DNA of 64,000 nt from Nitrospirota bacterium (GTDB lineage Bacteria; Nitrospirota; JACRHL01): contig JAOUFN010000002.1 in NCBI GenBank assembly GCA_029858285.1, positions 77,896 through 141,895 of the forward strand, in the 5' to 3' direction. Of this stretch, positions 10,055 to 19,551 are shown piece after piece. The translations under genes and the position numbers were made by a program. The stretch's first letter is position 1. The number at the start of each line of letters is the position of its first letter. The notes below the pieces were generated by a model, which saw only the letters and a list, made by a program, of their open reading frames with translations, was not told where the DNA came from and ran no database searches.

Positions 10055-10954
10055 ATGAACTGGTCACCGGCTTCCGACACCGGCGAGGGGGTGGACGCCG
10101 CCCGCATCGCCGCCCTGATTCACCTGCTGGGGGACGACGATGACGCCGTGGCGGACACCATTGCCGACCACCTGCGCACCATCGGCGCCCCCGCCCTGCC
10201 CGCCCTGCGCAACGTGGCGGAGGGAGTTGGCTCCCCCCTGCGCGAGCGCGCCGGAGTGCTGGTTCGGGAACTGCTTGAGGAAACCCTCATCGACGACTTC
10301 CGGGCCTACGGGCAGGAGGGGTGTCCCAATCTGGAGGAGGGGCTGTACCTGCTCTCCCGGCTGCACACCCCGGACCTGGACCTAGGCCCCAGCACCCGCC
10401 GCCTGACCCGCATGACCGAGGATTTGATGGTGCGGCTGGATCCGGGAGACGGCGCCGATGTGCTGCTGTCGGGTTTCGGCCGCTACCTGTACGGCGAGAT
10501 GGGATATCACGGCAACGCCGCCGACTACTACAACCCCGAGAACAGCTACCTGCACACCCTGCTCATCAGCCGCGCCGGTATCCCCATCAGCCTCTGCACC
10601 CTGTATCTGATCCTGGCCCGCCGGCTGGGGCTGCCGATGACCGGGGTGGGCATGCCGGGGCATTTTCTGCTCAAGTACGACGACGGCCGGGAACGGCGCG
10701 TCATCGACCCGTTCCACCGCGGCCGCATCATTGACGAGGAGGGGTGCGGCCAGTTGCTGCGCGGTCTCGGCCTGACCTTCGAGGAGCGCTATCTGGACGC
10801 CGTGGACAACCGCTACATCCTGGAGCGGTCCCTCAAAAACCTGATCTCCATCTATTCGGATCGCCGTCAGCAGCGGGAACTGGCCCTCCACCAGCGCGCC
10901 TTCGAGGCCCTGTCGGGGCGCGCCCCGGCGGCAAGGGACGACACCCCGACATAG
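10055..10954 (+). CDS. SirB1/YchA-like transglutaminase-like TPR protein
   Basis: Core YLHTLLISRAGIPISLCTLYLILARRLGLPMTGVGMPGHFLLKY matches the SirB1 (UPF0162) family signature. Confidence 0.55.
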   Translation: MNWSPASDTGEGVDAARIAALIHLLGDDDDAVADTIADHLRTIGAPALPALRNVAEGVGSPLRERAGVLVRELLEETLIDDFRAYGQEGCPNLEEGLYLLSRLHTPDLDLGPSTRRLTRMTEDLMVRLDPGDGADVLLSGFGRYLYGEMGYHGNAADYYNPENSYLHTLLISRAGIPISLCTLYLILARRLGLPMTGVGMPGHFLLKYDDGRERRVIDPFHRGRIIDEEGCGQLLRGLGLTFEERYLDAVDNRYILERSLKNLISIYSDRRQQRELALHQRAFEALSGRAPAARDDTPT

Positions 10955-11000
10955 TCGCCCGCAAATTTTCCGCCCGAAACGCTGGCCCTGCGGCCCCCCC

Positions 11001-12077
11001 TCAGCCCGGAGGCGCGCCAAAAGGCAGGTCGGCAGTTTGCGCCGGGGCGTCATGGATGGTCACGGCGGAGCCCGGCTCCCAGTGGCTGCGTTTCAGGTAG
11101 GCCAGCGCCAGCACCGCGTCCCGCCCCGGGGAGTAGCACACGCTTTTGACCACACCGACCACGGCGTCACCGTCCCGCACCTCGTCCCCTGACTCGGGCA
11201 CCGCCCCGCCCACCAGCAGGCCGCACAGGCGGCGGTTCAATTGGCCGCGAAACACCACCCTCGACAGGGTTTCCTGCCCCACAAAACAGCCTTTTTCGAA
11301 GCTCACGGCATCCGTCAGGCCCGCCTCCAGCAGGATCACCGAGTCGTCCACCTCCATGCCGTAGCGCGGGCGTCCGGCCTCGATGCGCAGTGTCTCCAGG
11401 GTGGTGAAACCGAACGGTCCCACGCGGCGCGGCTCCCCGGCGGCCAGCAGGTCGCCCCAGCGGCGGGCGAAGTCTGCGGCGGGCACGAACAGTTCGAAGC
11501 CCGGCAGGCCGTATTCCCCGGTGACCACCACCAGCGCCCCGCCCGGCCCGTGCAGCACCCCGCCTGCGGCGGCGGTCAGGGCCTCGGCCAGACCCGCGGC
11601 GGGCATCTGTAACGCAGCGGCCACGGTTTCCGCCGCCAGCGGGCCGTAAACCCCGGCGCGTCCCCATTCGCCACTCACGTCGCAGGTGGCCGCGTCGCGG
11701 ATGAGGGTGTATTTTTCCAGAAATTTGTGGGTGAAATCCCCCACCACGGGGTCCATGTCCAGCAGCAGATGGTCCGCCAGCTTGACGCTCAGAAACAGGC
11801 TCTGCACCTTGCCATGACCGGTACAGATGGCGTTGACGATGGCGCTGTCCGGGGCCTGTTTGACCACGTCGTTGGTGGTCATGGCCTGCATGAGGGCCTC
11901 CCGGTCCGGGCCGCTGACCTGGAGCATGCGCCGGTAATTGCGGTCGATCACCCCGCCCCGCTCCCGCACCATGCGGTATTCGGTCACCGGATCGCCGTAA
12001 TCGGCCACCGCCCGGCTCCCCGCCAGTTCGACAAACCGCCCCCCCAGGGCGCGATGCGTTTCAGACATGAGTTCCAT
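11001..12077 (-). CDS. Aminomethyltransferase-fold folate-binding protein (GcvT/YgfZ family)
   Basis: GcvT-like blocks RALGGRFVELAGSRAVADYGDPVTEY...KGCFVGQETLSRVVFRGQLNRRL. The start was moved to the ATG at 12077 (MELMSETH). Confidence 0.7.
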   Translation of the reverse strand: MELMSETHRALGGRFVELAGSRAVADYGDPVTEYRMVRERGGVIDRNYRRMLQVSGPDREALMQAMTTNDVVKQAPDSAIVNAICTGHGKVQSLFLSVKLADHLLLDMDPVVGDFTHKFLEKYTLIRDAATCDVSGEWGRAGVYGPLAAETVAAALQMPAAGLAEALTAAAGGVLHGPGGALVVVTGEYGLPGFELFVPAADFARRWGDLLAAGEPRRVGPFGFTTLETLRIEAGRPRYGMEVDDSVILLEAGLTDAVSFEKGCFVGQETLSRVVFRGQLNRRLCGLLVGGAVPESGDEVRDGDAVVGVVKSVCYSPGRDAVLALAYLKRSHWEPGSAVTIHDAPAQTADLPFGAPPG

Positions 12078-12292
12078 ATGCGATCCCGTCCCCACCCTTT
12101 GGGCATACTGGTTTGCGGCGTACCGGCTCGCGCCGTACGGGTTCGTGACGTACAGCCTGCGAACGGCCCCGCAACCGATTATAGGCCCCGTCGGCACACT
12201 GGGCCACCCGCAGTTTGTCGGCAGATGGCGAGGCAGTCCGCCAACCATTCCGGCAGACCGGACTTGACGCCGCCCCGCAAATTGGCAAACAT

Positions 12293-13249
12293 ATGTTTGC
12301 CATGCAGATTCCCATGTTTTCCAATCTTCCCGCCCGCCCCCCCGGCGGCACCCTGCCAGTGGGGGAGGAACTTGCCAGCCGCAGCACCGGGGTCACCTAC
12401 GAGGAAATCGGCTGTCAGAAGGTGCTGTGCCCTTCCCCGGCGGCGCAAAAGGGCGGCTATCCGTTTTCCTGGACCATCAACCCCTACCGGGGTTGCGAGA
12501 TCGGCTGCGTGTACTGCTACGCGCGCTACACCCACGGCTACCTGGGGGCCGATCCGCAGGATTTCGCCCACCGCATCTTCATCAAGCTGGGGGCGGAGCG
12601 CGGCGTAGCGGGGAGCCTCAGGCCTCCCCACTTTGCCGGTGCCGAGATCGCCATCGGCACCGCCACCGACCCCTATCAGCCCGCCGAACGGAGCTACCGG
12701 CTGACGCGTCGCATTCTGCAGCGGCTGGCGGCATTTTCCGGCCTGACCCTGTCCATCACCACCAAAAGCCCCCTGGTGACGGACGACACCGACCTGCTGG
12801 CGGCCATCGGACGCCGCTCGCGTTTGACCGTTCACATGAGCCTGATCTCCCTGGACGCCTCCCTCATTCGCCATCTGGAGCCGAAGGCGGCCACCCCGGA
12901 GGCGCGCCTGGAGGCGGTGCGCAGGCTGGCCGATGCCGGGGTGCGGGTGGGGCTGTTCCGCATGCCGGTAATCCCCGGCCTGACCGACTCCCCGGATCAG
13001 GCCCAGGCCCTGGACGCGGCCGCCCGCGCCGCCGGGGCCGCCTATGTGATCAGCCAGGAGTTGTCCCTGCGGGACGACGCCTGGCCGGTGCTGGCAGTGG
13101 CGCTGCAAACCCATTATCCACGCATCTACCCGGAAATTTCCCGGCGCATGGCCGCCCGCATGGCCGCCCGTGGCCGACAACACAAGGCCCCCTCCGCAAC
13201 CACCCCACCTTGCCCGGACACCCCCTCCGGCGCCACCCTTTTTGGTTAA
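12293..13249 (+). CDS. Radical SAM protein, spore-photoproduct-lyase (SPL/SplB, COG1533) family
   Basis: CEIGCVYCYARY CxxxCxxC radical-SAM cluster motif, with SPL-family-like flanking sequence. The start is uncertain; candidate ATGs lie at 12293, 12302 and 12314. Confidence 0.65.
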   Translation: MFAMQIPMFSNLPARPPGGTLPVGEELASRSTGVTYEEIGCQKVLCPSPAAQKGGYPFSWTINPYRGCEIGCVYCYARYTHGYLGADPQDFAHRIFIKLGAERGVAGSLRPPHFAGAEIAIGTATDPYQPAERSYRLTRRILQRLAAFSGLTLSITTKSPLVTDDTDLLAAIGRRSRLTVHMSLISLDASLIRHLEPKAATPEARLEAVRRLADAGVRVGLFRMPVIPGLTDSPDQAQALDAAARAAGAAYVISQELSLRDDAWPVLAVALQTHYPRIYPEISRRMAARMAARGRQHKAPSATTPPCPDTPSGATLFG

Positions 13250-13369
13250 CCACAAGGTGAGCATCGGTTGATCATGCGCCCCGCCATTGCTACACTGGTC
13301 GGCCTGTCGTCGGGCTGCCGACGATCCGGGTCGGGAGACATTTTTCCCCCGCCAACACGGAGACACACC

Positions 13370-14422
13370 ATGCGGGACACCATTCGCCGCTTCGAGGAGC
13401 GGGTCATCGCCGGCGACCTGCTCGGCTACCAGGAGGGGTGCCAACTGGCCACTATCGGCGAGGACTCCCCGGACCTGCTCGACCTGATCTCCTCCGCCAA
13501 CCGGGTGCGCCTGCACTTCAAGGGCAACCGCGTGGACACCTGTTCCATCGTCAACGCCAAGAGCGGCTCGTGTTCCGAGGACTGCTCCTTTTGCGCCCAA
13601 TCCGCTCACCACGCCGCAGGCGCCCAGAGCTACCCCCTGCTGGACGGCGACGCCATCGCCCGCGCGGCGGACGAGGCGTTTGACGCCGGGGCCGAGGCCT
13701 TCGGACTGGTGGCCGCGTGGAAGGGGCTGCGCGAGGGGCCGGAACTGGAAACCCTTCTCGACCGCATCCGCGAACTGGTGGCCAAAAACAAAGGCCACGT
13801 GGACGGCTCCCTGGGCCATGTGCCATCCGAGTCCATCGCCCACCGCCTCAAGGAGGCCGGGGTCCACACCTACAACCACAATCTGGAAACCGCCCCCAGC
13901 CACTTTGGCAACATCTGCACCACCCACACCTTCCAGGACCGGGTGGAAACCATCCGCCGCCTGCAGGCAGCGGGGATCCGCATTTGCAGCGGCGGCATCT
14001 TCGGCATGGGTGAAAACTGGGAGCAACGGGTGGAGTTGGCGGTGCACCTGCGCGAGTTGAAGGTGGACGTACTGCCCATGAACTTCCTCAACCCCATCGC
14101 CGGCACGCCGCTGGAGCACGTAGCCCCCCTCACCCCCCGTGAGTGTCTGAAAACCATCGCCCTCTACCGGATGTTGCTGCCCACCGCCAACCTGATGGTG
14201 GCCGGGGGCCGCGAGGTGAACCTGCGCGACCTGCAGAGCTGGGCGTTCCACGCCGGGGCCAACGCTTGCATGGTGGGCAACTATCTCACCACGCCGGGGC
14301 GCAGCGCCGGGGAAGACCGGCGCATGTTGACCGACCTGGGGCTGACCAGTTCTATGGGCGAACCGGCCCCCCTGGTGGCCACCGCCCCCAGCCCGCTGCG
14401 GATGATCGCCGCCGGAGCCTGA
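13370..14422 (+). CDS. bioB: Biotin synthase
   Basis: CSEDCSFC radical-SAM motif and the YNHNLETAPSHF BioB signature. The start was chosen at the ATG at 13370 (MRDTIRRFEER), which is preceded by an ACGGAGA ribosome-binding site. Confidence 0.85.
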   Translation: MRDTIRRFEERVIAGDLLGYQEGCQLATIGEDSPDLLDLISSANRVRLHFKGNRVDTCSIVNAKSGSCSEDCSFCAQSAHHAAGAQSYPLLDGDAIARAADEAFDAGAEAFGLVAAWKGLREGPELETLLDRIRELVAKNKGHVDGSLGHVPSESIAHRLKEAGVHTYNHNLETAPSHFGNICTTHTFQDRVETIRRLQAAGIRICSGGIFGMGENWEQRVELAVHLRELKVDVLPMNFLNPIAGTPLEHVAPLTPRECLKTIALYRMLLPTANLMVAGGREVNLRDLQSWAFHAGANACMVGNYLTTPGRSAGEDRRMLTDLGLTSSMGEPAPLVATAPSPLRMIAAGA

Positions 14423-14494
14423 AGCCTCCCCCCACCCGGCAGCCGGGGCCGGAGAGCTTCCGGACCCCTGGCAACCCGGAGGCCCCTGCGCCGA

Positions 14495-14523
14495 TTGACC
14501 CGTACCACCGGTTTTGGTATGCT
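14495..14523 (+). promoter_or_regulatory. Putative sigma-70 promoter for the tRNA-Met gene (TTGACC-17 nt-TATGCT)
   Basis: TTGACC at 14495-14500, a 17-nt spacer, and TATGCT at 14518-14523, ending about 18 nt before the tRNA 5' end. Confidence 0.45.
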
Positions 14524-14540
14524 GCTCCGCTACAAATTTG

Positions 14541-14617
14541 GCGGCGTAGCTCAGTTGGTTAGAGCAGCGGAATCATAATCCGCGTGTCCGGGGTTCGAAT
14601 CCCTGCGCCGCTACCAT
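14541..14617 (+). tRNA. tRNA-Met (anticodon CAT), elongator-like
   Basis: Manual cloverleaf: acceptor stem GGCGGCG; D-arm TAGCTCAGTTGGTTAGAGCA, identical to E. coli elongator tRNA-Met; anticodon stem-loop GCGGA-ATCATAA-TCCGC; T-loop GGTTCGAATCC; encoded 3' CCA. Not distinguished from tRNA-Ile2 (lysidine) by sequence alone. Confidence 0.88.
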
Positions 14618-14652
14618 TAACACTTCCGGGGACGTCCCGGAAAGCCCACAAG

Positions 14653-14686
14653 GCCCGCAGTTCCCTAGGGATTGCGGGCCTTTTGT
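14653..14686 (+). terminator. Rho-independent terminator after the tRNA
   Basis: Perfect 8-bp stem GGCCCGCA / TGCGGGCC with a 13-nt loop, followed by TTTT. Confidence 0.6.
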
Positions 14687-15167
14687 TGTCTGGCGTTGTC
14701 CAGTCGGACCCACCCACATCCGGGGACCGGTGGGGGTAACAAGCCGACGCAAACCGTTTTCAGAGTGGAGGTCCTCCGCTTCCGGTGGAATGTACCGGGT
14801 ACATCAGGGGGGAAGTCATGTCACACACAGCCTCTTTCGGAAACCGTCGGTCCATGCCCGCGCTCTGGCATTGGGCAGGACGTACCCCGGCGCGTGGCCG
14901 CTGGACAACCAGTGGCGCCCCTACACCATGCGCGGGCGGGAGATTTTTGACCCCAACGGCGGCAACGGCGGCGGCGACCCCTCCACCGGCTGCACCATCA
15001 CCACCCCGGCGGCGGGTGGTACCGGTTCCATCCACTGGCAGATGACTGGCACCCTGCAATCCGGCGCACAGGGGGCGGTCAGCTATGACGCGGTGCTGGA
15101 GTAGGCGCGAACAAACCGGAGTCGGTCGGTCCGCCGCCCGGATACCGGGCGTGGCAGCCTGAAATCC

Positions 15168-16232
15168 CTATGTGACTGTGGATTTCAGGTAAGGAATGTT
15201 CGCAAGCAGCCCTGCAGACGCCGCAGAAAGCACAAACACCACCCCGGTCGTCAGGGGAATGCCCACGGCCGGATGAATGGACAGGCCGCTCAGCCCCACC
15301 TCTCCGACCACGACCATCCAGAAGGGATGAATGGCGTAGATGCCGAGGGTGACAGGGGCCAAACGGCACACCCATCGGCTGGCCGTGCCCGGCACGCCTG
15401 CAAGTTGCGGGGTCGGTCCCGTGTCCATCTGCAAGGGCATTTGCAAGGCTATTTGATAGATAGCCAGCGACATCAGAATGACGAGCGGATTCAGGTACCC
15501 GTACATCACCCTCACCCCACTCACCCCCAGACTCCCCAGCAGCACACCGGCACCCAGGGCGATCAGCGCCCCGCACGACACCGCCACGATCACCAGCGTC
15601 ACACGCGGAATCCGCACCGACAGGGCGCGCAGGTAGTGCCCGGCCACAAAATAGGCGATAAAGGATGGAAATATTGCCAAAAAGGTCGCGGCCGGCCTGC
15701 CTCCCACCAGGGAGGCGACGGTAGAGTGGGCCGAGGCCATCAGGAACAGCACCACAACGGCAACACCCGTCAACTGGCGCGAACCGGTCGCGATCAGCGG
15801 GCGGATGAAGGGCGTCACCAGATACAGTCCCATCAGCATGTAGAAATACCAGAGGTGGAAATATGGCTTCCCCTGGACGATGGACTGGGCCGCAGGCAGG
15901 ACGTTGAAATGCCCATCCTGGAAGGCGCGAAAGGCGATGTAAAAGACCGTCCAGAACACCAGTGGCACGATCAGACGCCCCACCCTCCGCCGGTAAAAAT
16001 GCAACGGCGCCGCTTCGCAAGGCTGGGCCAGCAGCAGTGCGCCGCTGATCATGACAAACGCCGGCACGCACCAGCGGCTGAACGCATCGGCCACATTGCC
16101 GACCCACCAGGCCAGACGGTGCGCATCCGGGTGCGTGCTGACGACCCCGGCAGAGATATGCAGCCACACCACGGTGAACGCGGCCGCAACGCGCAGGGCG
16201 TCCAGACGGAAGTCACGCTGGATCACGGCCAC
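15168..16232 (-). CDS. Acyltransferase family 3 (OafA/OpgC-like) integral membrane acyltransferase
   Basis: N-terminal RLDALRVAAAFTVVWLH acyltransferase-3 motif and 10 or more predicted TM segments. A perfect 10-bp hairpin (CCTGAAATCC...GGATTTCAGG) lies just past the stop at 15130-15165. Confidence 0.8.
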   Translation of the reverse strand: MAVIQRDFRLDALRVAAAFTVVWLHISAGVVSTHPDAHRLAWWVGNVADAFSRWCVPAFVMISGALLLAQPCEAAPLHFYRRRVGRLIVPLVFWTVFYIAFRAFQDGHFNVLPAAQSIVQGKPYFHLWYFYMLMGLYLVTPFIRPLIATGSRQLTGVAVVVLFLMASAHSTVASLVGGRPAATFLAIFPSFIAYFVAGHYLRALSVRIPRVTLVIVAVSCGALIALGAGVLLGSLGVSGVRVMYGYLNPLVILMSLAIYQIALQMPLQMDTGPTPQLAGVPGTASRWVCRLAPVTLGIYAIHPFWMVVVGEVGLSGLSIHPAVGIPLTTGVVFVLSAASAGLLANIPYLKSTVT

Positions 16233-16455
16233 AACACCGCCGCAGGAACTCGGGTGGGTTGCCTCCCCTCAGGGCGGGAACTACGGGACGCTTCCGGCAA
16301 CATGGGTGTTCGTGTCTCTCCCTGGCTGATCTTCCATGCCACGTCGGCAGACATCCCGCAGCCCCCCTTACCGGCCTCCCGCCGGGGAATGATACCATCC
16401 CCCCAACGCGGACATCCGGCCGCCGCCCACCACCCCGATCATCACGGGAGGCCAC

Positions 16456-17433
16456 ATGCAGTACCGACGCCTCGGAAAATCCGGCTTGCAGGTCAGTGCC
16501 ATGGGTCTGGGCTCCTGGACCACCTACGGCAAGCAGGTGGACGAGGCCCAGGCCGGACAGTGCCTGAAGGCCGCGCTGGACGGCGGAATCAACCTGTTCG
16601 ACACCGCCGAGGGCTACGCCGACGGCCGCGCCGAGGAAATTCTGGGGCGGTTTTTCCACAAACAGGGGGTGGCCCGGCGCGATCTGGTGATCTGCACCAA
16701 GGTGTTTTTCGGCGGCGACGGCCCCAACCACGAAGGCTTGTCCCGCAAACACATTCTGGAGGGGCTGGACGCCTCCCTCAAGCGGCTGCGCATGGAATAT
16801 GTGGATATTTTCCTGTGCCACCGCCCCGACCCCCACACCCCCATCGAGGAAACTGTGCGTGCCATGGATCATCTGGTGCGGCAGGGCAAGGTGCTGTATT
16901 GGGGCACTTCCCTGTGGTCCCGCGAGCAGATCGGCCGCGCTATCGACATTGCCGGGCGCCAGATGCTCACTCCACCCACACTGGAACAGCCCCCCTACAG
17001 CCTCATCGAGCGCCGCCAGGTGGAAGACGAACTCGCCCCCCTGTCCCATGCCCACGGCCTAGGCCTCACCACCTACTCCCCGCTGTACGGCGGCGTGCTC
17101 ACCGGCAAATATCGGAACGACGCCATCCCCCCCGGCTCGCGGGGGGAATATCGCGGTGCGGATTGGGTGACGCGCAAGGTTGGCGCAGGCAGTGGTGAGC
17201 ACCGCTCCGCCCGCATCGCCAAACTGGTGGCCATGGCCGACCGCCTCGGCACCACCCCTGCCGCCCTGGCCATCGCCTGGTGCCTGCATAATCCCCGGGT
17301 CTCCAGCGTCATCACCGGCGCCAGTCTGGCGGAACAGGTGCGCGACAACCTGGCGGCCATCCAGGTGGTCACCCACCTCAGCGGAGAACATGTGCAGCGG
17401 CTGAACCACATGTTCCCCCCAGCAGAGGATTAA
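16456..17433 (+). CDS. Aldo/keto reductase (Tas/YajO, K-channel beta-subunit-like subfamily)
   Basis: MQYRRLGKSGLQVSAMGLGSWTTYG N-terminus, the catalytic-tetrad context (FDTAEGY, HRPD), and a length of 325 aa. Confidence 0.88.
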   Translation: MQYRRLGKSGLQVSAMGLGSWTTYGKQVDEAQAGQCLKAALDGGINLFDTAEGYADGRAEEILGRFFHKQGVARRDLVICTKVFFGGDGPNHEGLSRKHILEGLDASLKRLRMEYVDIFLCHRPDPHTPIEETVRAMDHLVRQGKVLYWGTSLWSREQIGRAIDIAGRQMLTPPTLEQPPYSLIERRQVEDELAPLSHAHGLGLTTYSPLYGGVLTGKYRNDAIPPGSRGEYRGADWVTRKVGAGSGEHRSARIAKLVAMADRLGTTPAALAIAWCLHNPRVSSVITGASLAEQVRDNLAAIQVVTHLSGEHVQRLNHMFPPAED

Positions 17434-17497
17434 AACCACCCACCGACACGGCCGACCGGGATGTCGGCCCGCAGGCGTGCATTGAAACCGCAGCGGG

Positions 17498-17551
17498 TTG
17501 GCCCGGTTGGCCCGGTTGGCCCGGTTGGCCCGGTTGGCCCGGTTGGCCCGG
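17498..17551. repeat. Perfect tandem repeat, 6 copies of 9-bp unit GTTGGCCCG (plus partial flanking copies)
   Basis: Read directly from the sequence: (GTTGGCCCG)x6 at 17498-17551, with each copy containing a -35-like TTGGCC. Confidence 0.95.
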
Positions 17552-17563
17552 TTTGTTACAATG
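17535..17563 (+). promoter_or_regulatory. Putative sigma-70 promoter built from the repeat (TTGGCC-17 nt-TACAAT)
   Basis: TTGGCC at 17535-17540 (second-last repeat copy), a 17-nt spacer, and TACAAT at 17558-17563, about 95 nt upstream of the sulfotransferase ATG. Confidence 0.35.
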
Positions 17564-17659
17564 CGCGGCGTATCACCCGACGTCCACGCGGCTCTCCGAC
17601 ATCAATCCGCCCGAATCAGGCGGCCCACGTCGGGAGTCCCCAGCCAATTTCAGCACCCG

Positions 17660-18496
17660 ATGAGCCCTTCCCAGCGCCCCACCTCCCCCAACCCCGATGC
17701 CGCGCCGACCGCCAGTCCGGACGGAAAGATTCGTGTGTTGCGCCACATGGCCCGCGCCGGTGGCACCGTGGTCAGCAAGTGTCTGGCGGTGATGCCCGGC
17801 GTGGCGTTGCTCAGCGAGATCCACCCCTACGCGATCCGCATGTTCAACCCCCTCATCCAGGCCAGGGAGTGGTTCAACCTCTACACGCAGGAGGAAATCG
17901 ACGCCCTGTCGGCAGGAAACCCGACCTTCAACACCGCCATCGCCGACATTGACCGACGGGCACGGGCCGCAGGCCGCACCCTGGTCATCCGCGAATGGTC
18001 CCACCTGGACTATCTGGGGGTGCCGTTCTTGCCGGTCCCCCCCTATCGCCCGGTAATGCTCGACTCGCTGGCCGGGGAGTTCACCGTCATCCAGGCCACC
18101 ACCGTGCGCCACCCCATCGACCAGTGGATCAGCACCGCCCGCCTGGCGATCATGCAGTCCGGTGGATTGAATCTGGGGTCCTTTCTGGAAGGCTACCGCC
18201 GCTTTGCCGAAGACGCCCTGCCCCACGGCATCGTGCGCTATGAAGACTTCGCCACCGACCCGGATACCCACCTGAAAATCCTCTGCGAGCGCCTGCACCT
18301 GACCTTCGACCCCGGTTACCGGGAGCGCTGGTTTTCCTACACCCACGTCACCGGTGACGTCCACCGGCCCGACGCCAGGCCGGAAATCAAAATCCCCCGG
18401 CGCCAGGAGGTGGACGCCGACTTCCTGCGCACCTTCGAGCGCAATCCCGACTACCGCGCCGTCCTCAAGTTGCTGGGCTACGGCCACCCGTCCTGA
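17660..18496 (+). CDS. Sulfotransferase-family protein
   Basis: C-terminal RYEDFATDPDTHLKILCERLHLTFDPG resembles the sulfotransferase 3'-PAPS-binding region. The start was chosen at the ATG at 17660, since the ORF-track start at 17498 lies inside the tandem repeat. Confidence 0.55.
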   Translation: MSPSQRPTSPNPDAAPTASPDGKIRVLRHMARAGGTVVSKCLAVMPGVALLSEIHPYAIRMFNPLIQAREWFNLYTQEEIDALSAGNPTFNTAIADIDRRARAAGRTLVIREWSHLDYLGVPFLPVPPYRPVMLDSLAGEFTVIQATTVRHPIDQWISTARLAIMQSGGLNLGSFLEGYRRFAEDALPHGIVRYEDFATDPDTHLKILCERLHLTFDPGYRERWFSYTHVTGDVHRPDARPEIKIPRRQEVDADFLRTFERNPDYRAVLKLLGYGHPS

Positions 18497-18582
18497 GGTT
18501 TGTTCCCCGATCCGCCCGATCTGCCGCCATGCGGCGGGTCCCGGCCGTACCCCCCGGAAAAAATCTGTTACCATGGGGCTGC

Positions 18583-19551
18583 ATGGAATTTTCCGAGGGG
18601 GCATCCAACCACCCGCTTTCGCCGCCCGCCGCCGAGGTGGTCCTGATTGGCGAAGTGCTGTTCGACCGGTTTCCCGACGGTGACCGCTTGGGGGGCGCGC
18701 CGTTCAACGTCGCCTGGCACCTGGCGGGCCTCGGTGCCACGACCCTGTTCATCAGCCGCATCGGCAAGGACCCTCCCGGCGAACGCATTCTCGCCGCCAT
18801 GCGCTCCCGGCACATGGATACCCGCGGGATTCAGACCGATCCCGCCCATCCCACCGGCAGTGTGCGCATCACCCTCGACCGGCACGGCGGCCACGATTTC
18901 ACCATCCTCCCCGACCAGGCCTACGACCACATCGACGGCGCCACCACCGGCGCCCTGCTCGCCTCCCATCCCTCCCGCCTGTTCGGCTTTGGCACCCTTG
19001 CCCTGCGCTCCCCCGCCAGCCGCGCCGCCATCTTGAATGCCGCCCGCGCCTGTAACGGCCCGCGCTTTCTCGACGTGAACCTGCGCCGCGACTGCTGGAA
19101 CCGCGACAGCGTGACCGCCGCACTGGAACACGCTTCGGTGGTGAAGCTCAACGATGGCGAACTGGAGGTGCTGGGCGCCGAACTGGACCTGCCAGGCTCT
19201 GCCACAGCCTGGGGACCGGCCCTGCGGGAACGCTTCGGCCTTGATGCCGTGTGCGTCACTGCGGCGGAACACGGCGCCTGGTGGCACGATGCGGCGGGCG
19301 GCCTGCACGTCCCCGCCGCCCCGGTCACCGTGGTAGACACGGTGGGCGCCGGGGACGCCTTCTCGGCGGTGCTGATCCTCGGACTGCTGCGCCGCTGGCC
19401 GCCCCGCGTCACCATTGAGCGCGCCGCCACCCTGGCGGCGGCCATGTGCGGTCAGCGCGGCGCCTGCCCCGATTCGGCAGATTTCTATCTGCCGTTTCTG
19501 GCGCGCTGGAGCGAAGACGGTCCGCAAACCCCAGGGGGCACTCCGGGATGA
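18583..19551 (+). CDS. Fructokinase (pfkB-family carbohydrate kinase)
   Basis: VLIGEVLFDRFPDG...GGAPFNVAWHLAGLG N-terminal motif and the DTVGAGDAFSA pfkB signature. The stop overlaps the SPS start (ATGA). Confidence 0.85.
   Translation: MEFSEGASNHPLSPPAAEVVLIGEVLFDRFPDGDRLGGAPFNVAWHLAGLGATTLFISRIGKDPPGERILAAMRSRHMDTRGIQTDPAHPTGSVRITLDRHGGHDFTILPDQAYDHIDGATTGALLASHPSRLFGFGTLALRSPASRAAILNAARACNGPRFLDVNLRRDCWNRDSVTAALEHASVVKLNDGELEVLGAELDLPGSATAWGPALRERFGLDAVCVTAAEHGAWWHDAAGGLHVPAAPVTVVDTVGAGDAFSAVLILGLLRRWPPRVTIERAATLAAAMCGQRGACPDSADFYLPFLARWSEDGPQTPGGTPG

Noticed and set aside
14730-15104. 124-aa ORF after the tRNA as a real gene
   Set aside because: Biased Arg/Gly/Ser composition in its first half, no ribosome-binding site, and overlapping alternative-frame ORFs of similar quality. 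Only the Gly/Thr-rich C-terminal 58 codons look peptide-like; these are mentioned as a low-interest finding.
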